NCBI GenBank assembly: GCA_009886115.1
Contig: VFJJ01000105.1
Coordinates: forward strand, 1,891-65,890
Source of the DNA: Actinomycetota bacterium
GTDB lineage: Bacteria; Actinomycetota; Acidimicrobiia; IMCC26256; VFJJ01
Length of the DNA stretch: 64,000 nt
Reading direction: 5' to 3'
Shown: piece by piece, positions 1 to 9,398 of the stretch
Position numbering within the stretch: the stretch's first letter is position 1
How the letters are laid out: the number at the start of each line of letters is the position of its first letter
Program-made: the position numbers and the translations under genes
Notes under the pieces: model-generated
Databases searched by the model: none
What the model was told of the DNA's origin: nothing
Seen by the model: the letters and a program-made list of their open reading frames with translations, nothing else

Positions 1-180
1 ACCCGATTCCCCCGGCGATACGTGCTTGCGATCGTCGAGCTCGACGAGGGCATCCATCTGCTCACCAACCTCGTGGGGTGCGATCCGAGCGACATCTCGA
101 TCGGATCCCGGGTGCGCGTGGCCTTCCGACACCTCGACGAGGACCACACCGTGTACCCGTTCACCCTGATCGATGCCTGA
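1..180 (+). CDS. C-terminal fragment of a DUF35/OB-fold acyl-CoA-associated protein (5' end outside window)
   Basis: Frame 1 reads ...VLAIVELDEGIHLLTNLVGCDPSDISIGSRVRVAFRHLDEDHTVYPFTLIDA* with TGA at 178-180. It lies directly upstream of, and overlaps, a thiolase-like gene, which is the usual DUF35/thiolase-like pairing. Confidence 0.6.
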   Translation, partial: TRFPRRYVLAIVELDEGIHLLTNLVGCDPSDISIGSRVRVAFRHLDEDHTVYPFTLIDA

Positions 181-1468
181 GCGCGCGGCCTCATCAGCGG
201 CATCACCCGCCTCGCGCGCCGTTCGCGCTCCGAGAACCCTGCGGGAAACGGCGATCGTGGGCGTCGCCACCACCGAGCAGACCCGCGCTGGCGGCCGGTA
301 CGGCCTGAGTTACGCGCTCGAAGCCCTGACGGCGGCGCTGGCCGACGCCGGGTTGGTCAAGAGCGACATCCAGGGCCTCTACGCCATGCTCGACCAGTGG
401 CCCCAGACCGGCCCGAGCGATCCCGGGAACTTCCGTCACACGAACTGGGCCGCCCAGCTCGGCATCCCGATCCGCTGGTACACGATCCCGGCCAACTCCG
501 GCTTCGGGTCCGGCGTGGCGGCCATCCTCGACGCGGCGGCGGCCATCGGCGCCGGCTACATCGACACCGCGGCGATCGTGGTGGGCCAGTCAGCAGCCAC
601 ACCGGGATCGGACCGCACCGCGCCGTGGACCTCGGCCGAGCTCGAGTTCAACGAGTGGACGGGCACCTACACCGCAGCGCAGTTCGCCCTGGCCGCCCGC
701 CGCCACATGCACGAGCACGGAACGACGATCGAGCAGCTGGCGCTGGTGGCGGCGACGATCCGCAACTACGGCCATCTCAACCCCGACGCGGTGATGCACG
801 GCCGCGGCCCCTACACCGTCGACGACATCCTCGCCGCACCTATCGCCGCCGACCCTCTCACCCGCTTGATGTGCGCTCAGACCAACAACGGCGGCGGGGC
901 GATGGTGCTCACGACACTCGAACGGGCCCGCGACCTTCGTGCCCCGGTCGTGGCGGTGCTGGGCGGGGCCGACCAGTTCTCGTATCCGGCCTACGCCGCT
1001 CCCCCGCTGCTCGGCCCCTCGGGCGGCGGCGCATGGTCGCGCCAGTGGGTCACCGACGGCTTCGCCATGGCGGGCGTCACCCACGACGACCTCGACGTGG
1101 TGGAGCTCTACGACGGGTTCGCCAGCTGGATCGTGATGCAGTGGGAGATGCTCGGGTTCTGCGGGCCCGGCGACGGAGGGCCGTTCGTCGAGAGCGGGGT
1201 GATGGCGCTCGACGGCCGCTACCCGACCTGCACCGACGGAGGGTGCCTGAGCTTCAGCCACATGGGTGTGCCGGCGTTGCTGCGGCCAATCGAGGCGGTG
1301 CGTCAGCTGCGCGGCGAGATCGCCGATGCTTGTCCCGACTGGCGATCGGGTGTTCACACCCACCAGCCTGGCCAGTGCCGACAGGTCCGAGACGCCGAGG
1401 TGGCGCTGGCGGTGAGCATGGGACCGCCCACCGGCGGAGGGCAATTCGTGGTGCTGGCCCTCAACTAG
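173..1468 (+). CDS. Thiolase-like protein (SCP-x / lipid-transfer type, non-condensing thiolase family)
   Basis: 431-aa ORF with ...AIVGVATTEQTR... near the N-terminus, an NNGGGAMVLT-type segment and a C-terminal thiolase-like fold. Codon bias is typical of a high-GC coding frame. The start is uncertain (ATG 173 overlapping the upstream stop, or an internal start near 250). Confidence 0.8.
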   Translation: MPERAASSAASPASRAVRAPRTLRETAIVGVATTEQTRAGGRYGLSYALEALTAALADAGLVKSDIQGLYAMLDQWPQTGPSDPGNFRHTNWAAQLGIPIRWYTIPANSGFGSGVAAILDAAAAIGAGYIDTAAIVVGQSAATPGSDRTAPWTSAELEFNEWTGTYTAAQFALAARRHMHEHGTTIEQLALVAATIRNYGHLNPDAVMHGRGPYTVDDILAAPIAADPLTRLMCAQTNNGGGAMVLTTLERARDLRAPVVAVLGGADQFSYPAYAAPPLLGPSGGGAWSRQWVTDGFAMAGVTHDDLDVVELYDGFASWIVMQWEMLGFCGPGDGGPFVESGVMALDGRYPTCTDGGCLSFSHMGVPALLRPIEAVRQLRGEIADACPDWRSGVHTHQPGQCRQVRDAEVALAVSMGPPTGGGQFVVLALN

Positions 1469-1478
1469 CGTCGACCCC

Positions 1479-2258
1479 ATGACGGGTGCGGCGCACGGGT
1501 TCCAGGCGGTCATCTTCGATCTCGGCGGGGTCGTGATGGGCTCGCCCATCCAGGCCATGAGCGCCTACGAGCTGGCGCACGGCCAGCCCGAGGGGCGCAT
1601 CAACCGTCACGTCGCCGACGCCGGCCCCACCGGGGTCTGGGCGCGCTTCGAGCGCTCCGAGCTCACGTGGTCGGCCTTCGTGCCCGCCTTCGAAGCCGAG
1701 CTGGCTGCGGTGGGCATCGCCTGCGACACCGAGACGCTGTTCTCGGGGTTCATGGCCTCCCAAGGCATCCGTCCCCGGATGCTCGACGCCATCGCCTGCA
1801 TCCGCACGCAGGGCTTGAAGACCGCCGCGCTCACGAACAACTTCAGCCGGAATGACCGCGGCGGTACCGGTGCCAGCGGGGCCAACGCAAGCAGCGCTGA
1901 CAGCGCTGACAGCGCTGACAGCGCCGATCCCATGGCCGTGTTGCGCAGCCACTTCGACGTGTTCGTCGAGTCGCGCCTCACCGGGCTGCGCAAGCCCGAC
2001 CCCCGCATCTACGAGCTGGTGTGTCGCGAGCTCGCCGTCGCTCCGGCGCACGCGGTGTTCCTCGACGACATCGGCTACAACCTCAAACCCGCCCGGGCCA
2101 TGGGCATGGCCACCATCCGGGTTCACGATCCCCATGACGCGCTGGTGGAGCTCGAGGCCCTGCTCGGGTTCGCTCTCAGCGCAGTCGCCAACGCCAACGC
2201 CAACGCCAACGCCAACGCCAACGCCAACGCCGACGCCGACCGGGAGGCGCCACGATGA
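1479..2258 (+). CDS. HAD-superfamily hydrolase (epoxide-hydrolase N-terminal phosphatase-like) with repeat insertions
   Basis: The N-terminus FQAVIFDLGGVV carries HAD motif I (DxG variant), and FLDDIGYNLKPA is motif IV-like. It contains a 9-nt x4 repeat (SADSADSAD) and a C-terminal GCCAAC x7 + GCCGAC x2 tail (ANANAN...ADAD). Confidence 0.8.
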   Translation: MTGAAHGFQAVIFDLGGVVMGSPIQAMSAYELAHGQPEGRINRHVADAGPTGVWARFERSELTWSAFVPAFEAELAAVGIACDTETLFSGFMASQGIRPRMLDAIACIRTQGLKTAALTNNFSRNDRGGTGASGANASSADSADSADSADPMAVLRSHFDVFVESRLTGLRKPDPRIYELVCRELAVAPAHAVFLDDIGYNLKPARAMGMATIRVHDPHDALVELEALLGFALSAVANANANANANANANADADREAPR

Positions 2259-3019
2259 CCGTCCGCTTCGAGGCCGAGGGGCCCGTCGCCATCGTCACGA
2301 TCGACCGTCCCGAGGTGCGCAATGCGGTCGACGGGCCCACCGCACATGGCCTGCACGAAGCCTTTCTCCGCTACGAAGCCGACCCGGAGCTGTTCGTGGC
2401 CGTGCTCACCGGAGCCGGCGGCACCTTCTGCGCCGGCGCCGACCTCAAGGCCATCGCCGCAGGGTCGGGCAACCCGGTCACCGAGGACGGGCCCGGGCCG
2501 ATGGGGCCGACCCGCTTGCTGTTGGCCAAGCCCGTGCTCGCCGCCATCGAGGGTCACGCGGTGGCCGGTGGGCTGGAGCTGGCGCTGTGGTGCGATCTGC
2601 GTGTGGCGGCCAGCGATGCCGTGCTCGGGGTGTTCTCGCGTCGGTGGGGCGTTCCGCTCATCGACGGAGGCACGGTCCGCCTCCCCCGGCTGGTCGGGCA
2701 GTCGCGCGCCCTCGATCTCATCCTCACCGGGCGCGGTGTGAGCGGTGACGAGGCGCTGCAGATGGGGCTCGTCAATCGGCTCGTCCCCCCGGGGGAGGCG
2801 CTCCCCTCGGCCCTGGCGTTGGCCCATCAGATCGCTGGTTTCCCCCAGGCGTGCCTGCGCGCCGACCGTATCGCCGTCTACGAGCAGTGGGGCCTGCCCG
2901 AGGGCGCCGCGCTGCACCACGAGTTCCAGCGGGGCTGGCACGAGTCGGTCCGGGCCGAGGTCGTCGTCGGCGCCAGCCGGTTCGCCGGTGGCGAGGGCCG
3001 CCACGGCCTGTTCGGCTGA
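2255..3019 (+). CDS. Enoyl-CoA hydratase/isomerase (crotonase) family protein
   Basis: The sequence PVAIVTIDRPEVRNAVD...VLTGAGGTFCAGADLKA...AIEGHAVAGGLELALWCD is a canonical crotonase signature. There is an ATGA overlap with the HAD gene stop. Confidence 0.9.
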   Translation: MTVRFEAEGPVAIVTIDRPEVRNAVDGPTAHGLHEAFLRYEADPELFVAVLTGAGGTFCAGADLKAIAAGSGNPVTEDGPGPMGPTRLLLAKPVLAAIEGHAVAGGLELALWCDLRVAASDAVLGVFSRRWGVPLIDGGTVRLPRLVGQSRALDLILTGRGVSGDEALQMGLVNRLVPPGEALPSALALAHQIAGFPQACLRADRIAVYEQWGLPEGAALHHEFQRGWHESVRAEVVVGASRFAGGEGRHGLFG

Positions 3020-3022
3020 AGC

Positions 3023-4213
3023 TCACACCGGCTCGGGCGGCGAGGTGAGCGTGGGGTGGTAGTCGGGGTTCTCGAGCGCGTAGTCGGCCATGGCCCGGCC
3101 GATCGCGTGGCGGGTCTGGCCGCTCCAGTCGTCGCCCTCGTTGACGACCCAGTGGTGCGAGCGGACCGGGGCCTGCGCCTGGCCCGTGAAGTGGGGCATC
3201 ACCTGCTCGGCGAAGATCTCGAACGACCGTTTGGTCGAAGCCGGATCGCCCCACGAGCCGCCGTTGAGCAGCAGCGTGCCGAAGCCGCCCGACTGCTCGA
3301 TCAGCCGATGGATCTGCGCGACAGCGCGGTCGGCGGTCCCGATCGCAGCCGCACCCGAAGCGTTCATGGCGTCGATGCGCTCGTCGAGGCCCATCGGCGG
3401 GGTGTGGGCGATGGGCAGGACATGGCTCAGGTAGTCGCTCACCTGCTCGAAGCCGAACCGGAGCGCCCGACGAGCCTCGGCCTCGGTGTCGGCCAGGAAC
3501 ATGGGCGCCACGAGCCGCCAGTGTCGCCGATCGACGGCCCGTCCGTTCTTGGCGGCTTCGGTCTCGGCCACGGCCCAGTGCGAGGCGAGCAGCTCGAACC
3601 CCTGGGGCGACGTCGCGCCGATCGACAGCAGACCGATCCCGTGCTTGCCGGCCAGGCGAGGCCCGGTGGGCGAGAACGAGCCGGCGACCGCCATCTCGAT
3701 GTGGGGTTGGCTGAACGGCCGGAGTTGCAGGCGGGCGTCGCGTAGCTGGAACCAGCCGGCATCGACGGTCACCGGCTCGGCCGAGCGTTGCAACGCCATG
3801 ATGGCATCGAGGCTCTGCTCCATCATCGACCGCTGGGCGTCGGGGTCGATCCCCATCATGTGAGCGTCAGACGTGAGCTGACCGGGCCCGGCGCCGAACA
3901 TCACACGACCCCGGGTGAGGTGGTCGAGCAGGATCATCCGGTCGAGGAGCATCAATGGTTGGTGATACGGCAACGAGCTCACCCCGGTGCCCAGGCGGAT
4001 GTGGCGCGTCCGCTGCGCGGCGACGGCGATGAACACCTCCGGCGACGCGATGATCTCCAAGCCCCCCGAGTGGTGCTCGCCGATCCAGGCCTCATCGAAG
4101 CCCAACCGGTCGAGGTGCTCGACCAGCTCGAGGTCGCGCTCGAGCCACAGGGTCGGATTGTGCGGCACCGGATGGAACGGGGCCAGGAACACCCCGAACC
4201 GCAGTGGTTGCAT
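3023..4213 (-). CDS. LLM-class flavin-dependent oxidoreductase (luciferase-like monooxygenase)
   Basis: This is the C-terminal 396 aa of the 835-aa track ORF, starting MQPLRFGVFLAPFHP...LGFDEAWIGEHHSGG...RLGTGV, which is the LLM pattern. The upstream 439 aa of the ORF are an antisense artefact over the next gene. Confidence 0.85.
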   Translation of the reverse strand: MQPLRFGVFLAPFHPVPHNPTLWLERDLELVEHLDRLGFDEAWIGEHHSGGLEIIASPEVFIAVAAQRTRHIRLGTGVSSLPYHQPLMLLDRMILLDHLTRGRVMFGAGPGQLTSDAHMMGIDPDAQRSMMEQSLDAIMALQRSAEPVTVDAGWFQLRDARLQLRPFSQPHIEMAVAGSFSPTGPRLAGKHGIGLLSIGATSPQGFELLASHWAVAETEAAKNGRAVDRRHWRLVAPMFLADTEAEARRALRFGFEQVSDYLSHVLPIAHTPPMGLDERIDAMNASGAAAIGTADRAVAQIHRLIEQSGGFGTLLLNGGSWGDPASTKRSFEIFAEQVMPHFTGQAQAPVRSHHWVVNEGDDWSGQTRHAIGRAMADYALENPDYHPTLTSPPEPV

Positions 4214-4321
4214 GGCCCTCACGGTACCCGTCCCCCAGCGCAGCCGCGCAGCTGCGGTTGCGAGCTGCGCACGGCGGCGCATCGTGCAGCACGGGGTCGA
4301 GGTTTGTGCTGGAGTTGTGCC

Positions 4322-5518
4322 ATGACGACGCTCTCCGACCCCAACGTCCTGTGGCTCCCCGAGCCCGAGCCTCGCGATGTCACCTACACCGTCATCTCGG
4401 TCGACGACCACGTGGTCGAGCCCGCTCACCTCTTCGAGGGGCGGATGCCGGCGCATCTCGCCGACCGCGCGCCGAGGATCGTCGAGACCGAGCAGGGCCA
4501 TCAGGTCTGGTCGTTCGACGGTCAGATCTTCAGCCAGGTGGGCATGAACGCCATCGCCGGTCGCAACAAGGCCAGCGTGAAGGTCGAGCCCTTCCGCTTC
4601 GAGCACATGCGGCCGGGCTGTTTCGACGTGCACGCCCGGGTGCGCGACATGGACATCAACGGCGTGTGGGCGTCGCTCAACTTCCCGTCGATGATCACCG
4701 GTTTCGCCGGAAGGGTGTTCTCGGCCTGCACCGACCCCGAGCTCGGCATTGCCGCCATGCGGGCGTGGAACGACTGGATCTTCGAGGAGTGGTACTCGTC
4801 GTATCCCGAGCGCATCATCCCGCTCGGGATCACGTACCTCGCCGACCCGGTCGTGGGGGCAGAGGAGATCCGCCGCAACGCCGCCCGCGGGTTCCGTTCG
4901 GTCACCATGCCCGAGCGGCCGCAGCTCATCGGCTTCCCCTCGTTGTTCGAACCCGGGTACTGGGATCCGATCATCGAGGCCTGCGTCGAGACCGACACCG
5001 TGGTCTCGATCCACGTCGCATCGTCGGGCGGCTACCCGCTCCCGCCCCATGCTCCGAGCCTGGCGCTGGGCGCAACCCTGTTCGGTCAGCTCTCGCTGGC
5101 GGCGTGTGCCGAGTGGCTCTGGTCTGGATACCCGGTGCGTCATCCCGGGTTGAAGATCGCCATGTCGGAAGGGGGGATCGGCTGGGTCGCCATGCTCCTC
5201 GACCGGCTCGACAACATCGTCGACCGTTCCGGCTACGGCCTGGGCTGGGATCTGCGGCCGGCCGAGGTGCTCCAGCGCAACTTCTGGTTCTGCACCATCG
5301 ACGACCCTTCCACGATCGACACCCGGTACCGGATCGGCGTCGAGAACATCATGGTCGAGGTCGACTATCCCCACGGCGACGGCACCTGGCCCGACACCCA
5401 GGCCGAGATCAGCCGGGTGTGGGGCCACATCCCGACCGACGAGCTCCGCGCCATGTGCTGCGAGAACGCGTCCCGCCTCTATCGCCACCCGCTCCCTGCG
5501 GTCGTGTTGCCCGCATAG
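4322..5518 (+). CDS. Amidohydrolase-2 (ACMSD/TIM-barrel metal-dependent hydrolase) family protein
   Basis: The protein starts MTTLSDPNVLW...VISVDDHVVEP (metal-ligand DxH-type N-terminus) and continues ...INGVWASLNFPS...VEVDYPHGDGTWP. The real start, ATG 4322, lies inside the longer track ORF. Confidence 0.85.
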   Translation: MTTLSDPNVLWLPEPEPRDVTYTVISVDDHVVEPAHLFEGRMPAHLADRAPRIVETEQGHQVWSFDGQIFSQVGMNAIAGRNKASVKVEPFRFEHMRPGCFDVHARVRDMDINGVWASLNFPSMITGFAGRVFSACTDPELGIAAMRAWNDWIFEEWYSSYPERIIPLGITYLADPVVGAEEIRRNAARGFRSVTMPERPQLIGFPSLFEPGYWDPIIEACVETDTVVSIHVASSGGYPLPPHAPSLALGATLFGQLSLAACAEWLWSGYPVRHPGLKIAMSEGGIGWVAMLLDRLDNIVDRSGYGLGWDLRPAEVLQRNFWFCTIDDPSTIDTRYRIGVENIMVEVDYPHGDGTWPDTQAEISRVWGHIPTDELRAMCCENASRLYRHPLPAVVLPA

Positions 5519-5571
5519 GTTGACCGCCACATTGGCGATCCCGTCGCCTCCTCGATCGGAGCACTGCGCTC

Positions 5572-6432
5572 ATGACCGCCGCCGTCTCGCCCGTCACCGT
5601 CTCGCCCGTCACCACCACGATCGGCGCCGAGATCAGCGGGATCGACCTGACCCGGCCATTGAGCCCGGCTGAGGTCGAGCAGGTCGCCGCGGCGCTGCAC
5701 ACCTCGGGTGTCGTGTTCTTCCGCGGTCAACACATCAGCGACGAGCACCAGCGCGACCGGGCGTTGCAGTTCGGCACGCCCGAGATCTTCCCGTTCGCCG
5801 CGCCCGTTCATCCCGACATCCCCGAGGTGCACGCCGTCACGTTCGACGACGGCTCATTGGCCAAGGGGCGTATGGCCGACTCGTGGCACAGCGACGCGAC
5901 CTGGATGGTCGAGCCGCCCTATGGCTCGATCCTACGGGCCGTCGAGATCCCCGCCGTTGGCGGCGACACGTGCTGGTCCGATACCGCCGCGGCGTACGAC
6001 GATCTGTCCTCGTCCATGCAGCGCATGCTCGACGGGATGACCGCCACCCATGACTTCGTCACGTCGTTCGCGGCGTTCTTCGAAGGACCCGACGGGCCGG
6101 CTCGCCTCCAAGCCATCAGAGCCAAGCATCCACGGGTCAGTCACCCGGTCGTGCGGGTGCACCCGGTCACCGGGCGCAGGGCCCTGTATGTCAATCGCAA
6201 CTTCACCATGCGACTCGACGGGATGACCGATCGCGAGAACGAGGTGCTGCTGCCGTTCCTGTGCGACCACGTCCGCAGCCCCGACTTCCAGTGCCGTTTC
6301 CACTGGACCCCGGGTTCGATCGCGTTCTGGGACAACCGGGCGACCCAGCACTACGCCGTCCCCGATTACTCGGGCCGTCGCGTCATGCACCGCGTGATCC
6401 TCGCCGGCGACCGTCCCTTCGGTCCGTCGTAG
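5572..6432 (+). CDS. TauD/TfdA-family Fe(II)/2-oxoglutarate-dependent dioxygenase
   Basis: Motifs WHSDATW (HxD facial triad) and FWDNRATQHYAVPDY are present. The N-terminus contains a 15-nt x2 tandem repeat (VSPVTVSPVT). Confidence 0.9.
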   Translation: MTAAVSPVTVSPVTTTIGAEISGIDLTRPLSPAEVEQVAAALHTSGVVFFRGQHISDEHQRDRALQFGTPEIFPFAAPVHPDIPEVHAVTFDDGSLAKGRMADSWHSDATWMVEPPYGSILRAVEIPAVGGDTCWSDTAAAYDDLSSSMQRMLDGMTATHDFVTSFAAFFEGPDGPARLQAIRAKHPRVSHPVVRVHPVTGRRALYVNRNFTMRLDGMTDRENEVLLPFLCDHVRSPDFQCRFHWTPGSIAFWDNRATQHYAVPDYSGRRVMHRVILAGDRPFGPS

Positions 6433-6514
6433 CGAACGCACCCGTCACGCGCTCCGCGACCGCGACCCCGACTCCCATCACGACGCCACTGGTTCTGCCG
6501 AAGCACGGACGTCG

Positions 6515-7390
6515 CTACGGGATGATCTCGCCGGCGGCTCGGGCTGACATGCGGGTCGGACGGGCCAGGTGGGACCATTTGGGTTCGTTGCCCTCGGGGA
6601 GGTCGCCGAGGATCGTCACCCGGTTGATCGTCCGTGTGCCCTCGAAGTCGTTCACCACGAAATGCTGCGTGCACCGGTTGTCCCACATGGCGATGGTGCC
6701 CTGGGTCCACTGGTAGCGGACGGTGAAGCGGGGGTCGGACGCCAAGCGCATGAGGAAGCTGCGCAGCATCTCGCTCTCGTCGAAGCTCAACTGCGGGTAT
6801 CGCCCGAGGAACTGCCCGCTGAAGTACAAGCAGCGCTTGCCGGTCTCGGGGTGCACCCGCACCGCCGGATGCTCGGCCTTCTGGTCGGGATTGCCGTAGA
6901 TGGCCGCAGTGTGAATGGCCGTGAGCCCGTCGAGCAGCTCCTTCATCGGCTGCGAGAGCGCCTCGTACACCAGGTACTGGTTCGACCACATCGTGTCGCC
7001 GCCGACGTCGGGCGTCTCGATCATGTTCAGGATCGACATGACGGGCGGACGGGCCTCGAAGGTGCAATCGGTGTGCCAGGTGTCGGCCACGCCCCCGGTC
7101 TCGGCGCGCAGCTCGACCACCTCGGGGTGATCATCGTCGACCTTGTTGATGAAGCGGTGGATCTCCATCTCGCCCCAGATCGAGGCGTAGGCCCGGTGCT
7201 GGTCGGGGTTCAGGTGCTGATCGGGGAAGAACAGCACCAGGTGCTCGTTCAGCAGGGCTCTGACGGCCGCTTGTTGGGCCAGCGAGACGGGACGCTTGAG
7301 ATCGATGCCCCGCACCTCAGCTCCGAGAGATCCGGCGACCCTGCGGACGTCGAACGCGACCTCGGACTCGACCACCGATTGAGCCGTCAT
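6515..7390 (-). CDS. TauD/TfdA-family Fe(II)/2-oxoglutarate-dependent dioxygenase (paralog, convergent)
   Basis: Motifs WHTDCTFEARPP...GGDTMWSNQ...MWDNRCTQHFVVNDF are present. The start overlaps the TetR stop (TCATGA context at 7387-7390). Confidence 0.9.
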   Translation of the reverse strand: MTAQSVVESEVAFDVRRVAGSLGAEVRGIDLKRPVSLAQQAAVRALLNEHLVLFFPDQHLNPDQHRAYASIWGEMEIHRFINKVDDDHPEVVELRAETGGVADTWHTDCTFEARPPVMSILNMIETPDVGGDTMWSNQYLVYEALSQPMKELLDGLTAIHTAAIYGNPDQKAEHPAVRVHPETGKRCLYFSGQFLGRYPQLSFDESEMLRSFLMRLASDPRFTVRYQWTQGTIAMWDNRCTQHFVVNDFEGTRTINRVTILGDLPEGNEPKWSHLARPTRMSARAAGEIIP

Positions 7391-8043
7391 GACTTCCTCC
7401 TCCGTGTGGATGGACGTTCGAGCGCCGGGCCACCGGGCGGTCCCGACAGCATTCCCGCCAGCGCGTCGACGATGTGCTCGATCAGCTCGCGTGCCGCGAT
7501 CGATCCGCCGCCGGCACGCCAGGCGCCCCCGGAGCGGCCGAGATCGGACAGGGCCGCGCTCGCAGCGTCGACCGCCAGCGCGAATCGGAAGCGTCGAACC
7601 TCGACCTCGCTCGTGGGTAGCGCCCGAGCGAGCAGCGCGTCGATGCGAGCGAAGCTCGGGCGGAACAGCTCCGTCGCCAGGTCGCGATACTCAGGAGCCG
7701 ATGCGTGCAAGCGGGCCAGGAACCCAGGGTATGCGCAGCGCTCGCCGGTGGGGTCGAGCGCCATCTCGGCCAGTGGCCACACCCACGCGGCTGCGACGTC
7801 GCGGACGGTCACCGTGGACCGCTGGTCGAGATCGGCCAGCATGAGATCGCGCGCCCGCTTGACCTCGCCCATACGCCGTTCGAGGATGGCTCGCACGAGC
7901 GCGGCCTTGGATCCGAAGTGGTAGTGGATGGCCGCAGCGTTGGCCCCGGCAGCCGCGGTGACGGCCCGGGTGGGAACCGCCTCGATGCCACGCTCGGCGA
8001 AGAGCCGCTCAGCCACCCAGAGCAAGCGCTCGGGGGTGGCCAT
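7387..8043 (-). CDS. TetR/AcrR-family transcriptional regulator
   Basis: The sequence MATPERLLWVAERLFAERGIEAVPTRAVTAAAGANAAAIHYHFGSKAALV is a TetR N-terminal HTH. An alternative upstream start at 8139 is given by the track ORF. Confidence 0.8.
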   Translation of the reverse strand: MATPERLLWVAERLFAERGIEAVPTRAVTAAAGANAAAIHYHFGSKAALVRAILERRMGEVKRARDLMLADLDQRSTVTVRDVAAAWVWPLAEMALDPTGERCAYPGFLARLHASAPEYRDLATELFRPSFARIDALLARALPTSEVEVRRFRFALAVDAASAALSDLGRSGGAWRAGGGSIAARELIEHIVDALAGMLSGPPGGPALERPSTRRRKS

Positions 8044-8338
8044 GACCGGCGCGGCGCGCGTCGCGCCGAGCGCCTCGGGGTCGAGCAACGGTGGGAGCGC
8101 AGCGACGGGAGCGACCATCGGCGGCGACGCTACCACCATTCAAGCAATCGTTTCAAGCGGTTGCCTGACTCCGACACCCGGAGTCGATGGGATGGCGCGA
8201 CGATCGTGACTCGTTTGCCGGCTTCGCTCGGCGTCACGGTCGAGCAGCTCGATGTGTCGCGGGGAATCGACGATGAGACCTCGGGACCGGGCAAGCAGGT
8301 CGTTCCGGGAGTGCTCGGGGCGTCGGTAGCATCGAAGG

Positions 8339-9355
8339 GTGATGAGCGGAGCGTCTCGCGAGCGACGCCTCGGCGTTGCGGTGGTGCTGAACCTCGTGAT
8401 CGTCGCGGTACAGGTCGCCTTCGGCATCGTCGCCGGGTCACTGGGCCTCATCGCCGATGCAGGGCACAACCTCACCGACGTGGGCGCCGTCGCCCTGTCG
8501 TTGTTCGCCATCCGCTACGCCCGGAGGAGATCGTCCGAGCGACGGAGCTTCGGGAACCATCGCGCCACGGTGCTTGCGGCACAGGCCAACGCCGTTGCCA
8601 TCCTGGCTGTGACCGCGGTCATCTCGTTCGAGGCCGTGCAACGTCTCGGCGATCCCGACCCGGTCGACGGCGGCGTCGTCATGGTGGTGGCCCTCATCGC
8701 AGCGGCCGTCAACGGCTTTTCGATCCTGGTGCTGCGCGAACGACACCACGGGGTCCACGACGGCGGACCGGGCGGGCACCGAGCCCACGACGGCAGTGTT
8801 CGTGAGCCGCTCCACGACGAACGGGAAGGCGATCTCAACATGCGTTCGGCCATGGTGCACATGGTCGGTGACGCCGCTGCCTCCGTTGGTCTGGCGATCA
8901 GTGGTGGGGCGATCCTGCTGCTCGACGGTGCGTACTGGCTCGACCCAGCCGTGTCGCTCGCCATCGCGACGCTCATCGGGATTCAGGGCTGGGGTCTGGT
9001 GCGAGCGACGAGTGAGATGCTTCTCGAGTCGACGCCGATCGGGATCAACCTTGCGAGCCTCACCGACACCATGGAGACGATCCCCGGCGTCGACCACGTG
9101 CACGATCTCCACGTGTGGAGCCTCAACAGCGACATCCGGGCCTTGTCGGCGCACGTGGTGATCGACGGCCATCCCACGCTCGAGGAGGCCCAAGTGGTGG
9201 CCCAGCAGCTGCGGCAGACCCTCGGAACCCGGTTCGGTATCGCTCACGCCACCCTCGAACTCGAGTGCGAGTCGTGCTCCGACGAGGGACCGTGGTGCGC
9301 CATCGAGCCGGCTGGGTTCGAATCTCGAGGTGGAGGGCCCGGCGGCCACCACTGA
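8339..9355 (+). CDS. Cation diffusion facilitator (CzcD/ZitB-like) metal efflux transporter
   Basis: The sequence LNLVIVAVQVAFGIVAGSLGLIADAGHNLTDV is the CDF signature. There are six predicted TM segments, a His-rich loop (HHGVHDGGPGGHRAHDG) and a C-terminal cytoplasmic domain (HVHDLHVWSL). Confidence 0.9.
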   Translation: MMSGASRERRLGVAVVLNLVIVAVQVAFGIVAGSLGLIADAGHNLTDVGAVALSLFAIRYARRRSSERRSFGNHRATVLAAQANAVAILAVTAVISFEAVQRLGDPDPVDGGVVMVVALIAAAVNGFSILVLRERHHGVHDGGPGGHRAHDGSVREPLHDEREGDLNMRSAMVHMVGDAAASVGLAISGGAILLLDGAYWLDPAVSLAIATLIGIQGWGLVRATSEMLLESTPIGINLASLTDTMETIPGVDHVHDLHVWSLNSDIRALSAHVVIDGHPTLEEAQVVAQQLRQTLGTRFGIAHATLELECESCSDEGPWCAIEPAGFESRGGGPGGHH

Positions 9356-9398
9356 GCTCGCCCTCAAGGCTCTCCCAGCCGGTGTCGAAACAGCGGCG

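Noticed and set aside
4246-4270. The inverted repeat GCGCAGCT-N9-AGCTGCGC in the divergent LLM/amidohydrolase promoter region, and GACTCCG-N5-CGGAGTC at 8167-8185 between tetR and the CDF gene.
   Set aside because: Short GC-rich 7-8-bp arms are expected by chance at this GC content. They may be operators, but no second copy or supporting evidence is visible, so they are not listed as features.
8140-8338. The 200-nt leader of the CzcD-like gene, considered as a possible metal (NiCo/czcD-type) riboswitch or as a site for a missing ArsR-family regulator.
   Set aside because: I could not recognise conserved riboswitch core sequences by eye. The small ORFs here are antisense, low-complexity artefacts. 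Only a covariance-model scan could settle this.
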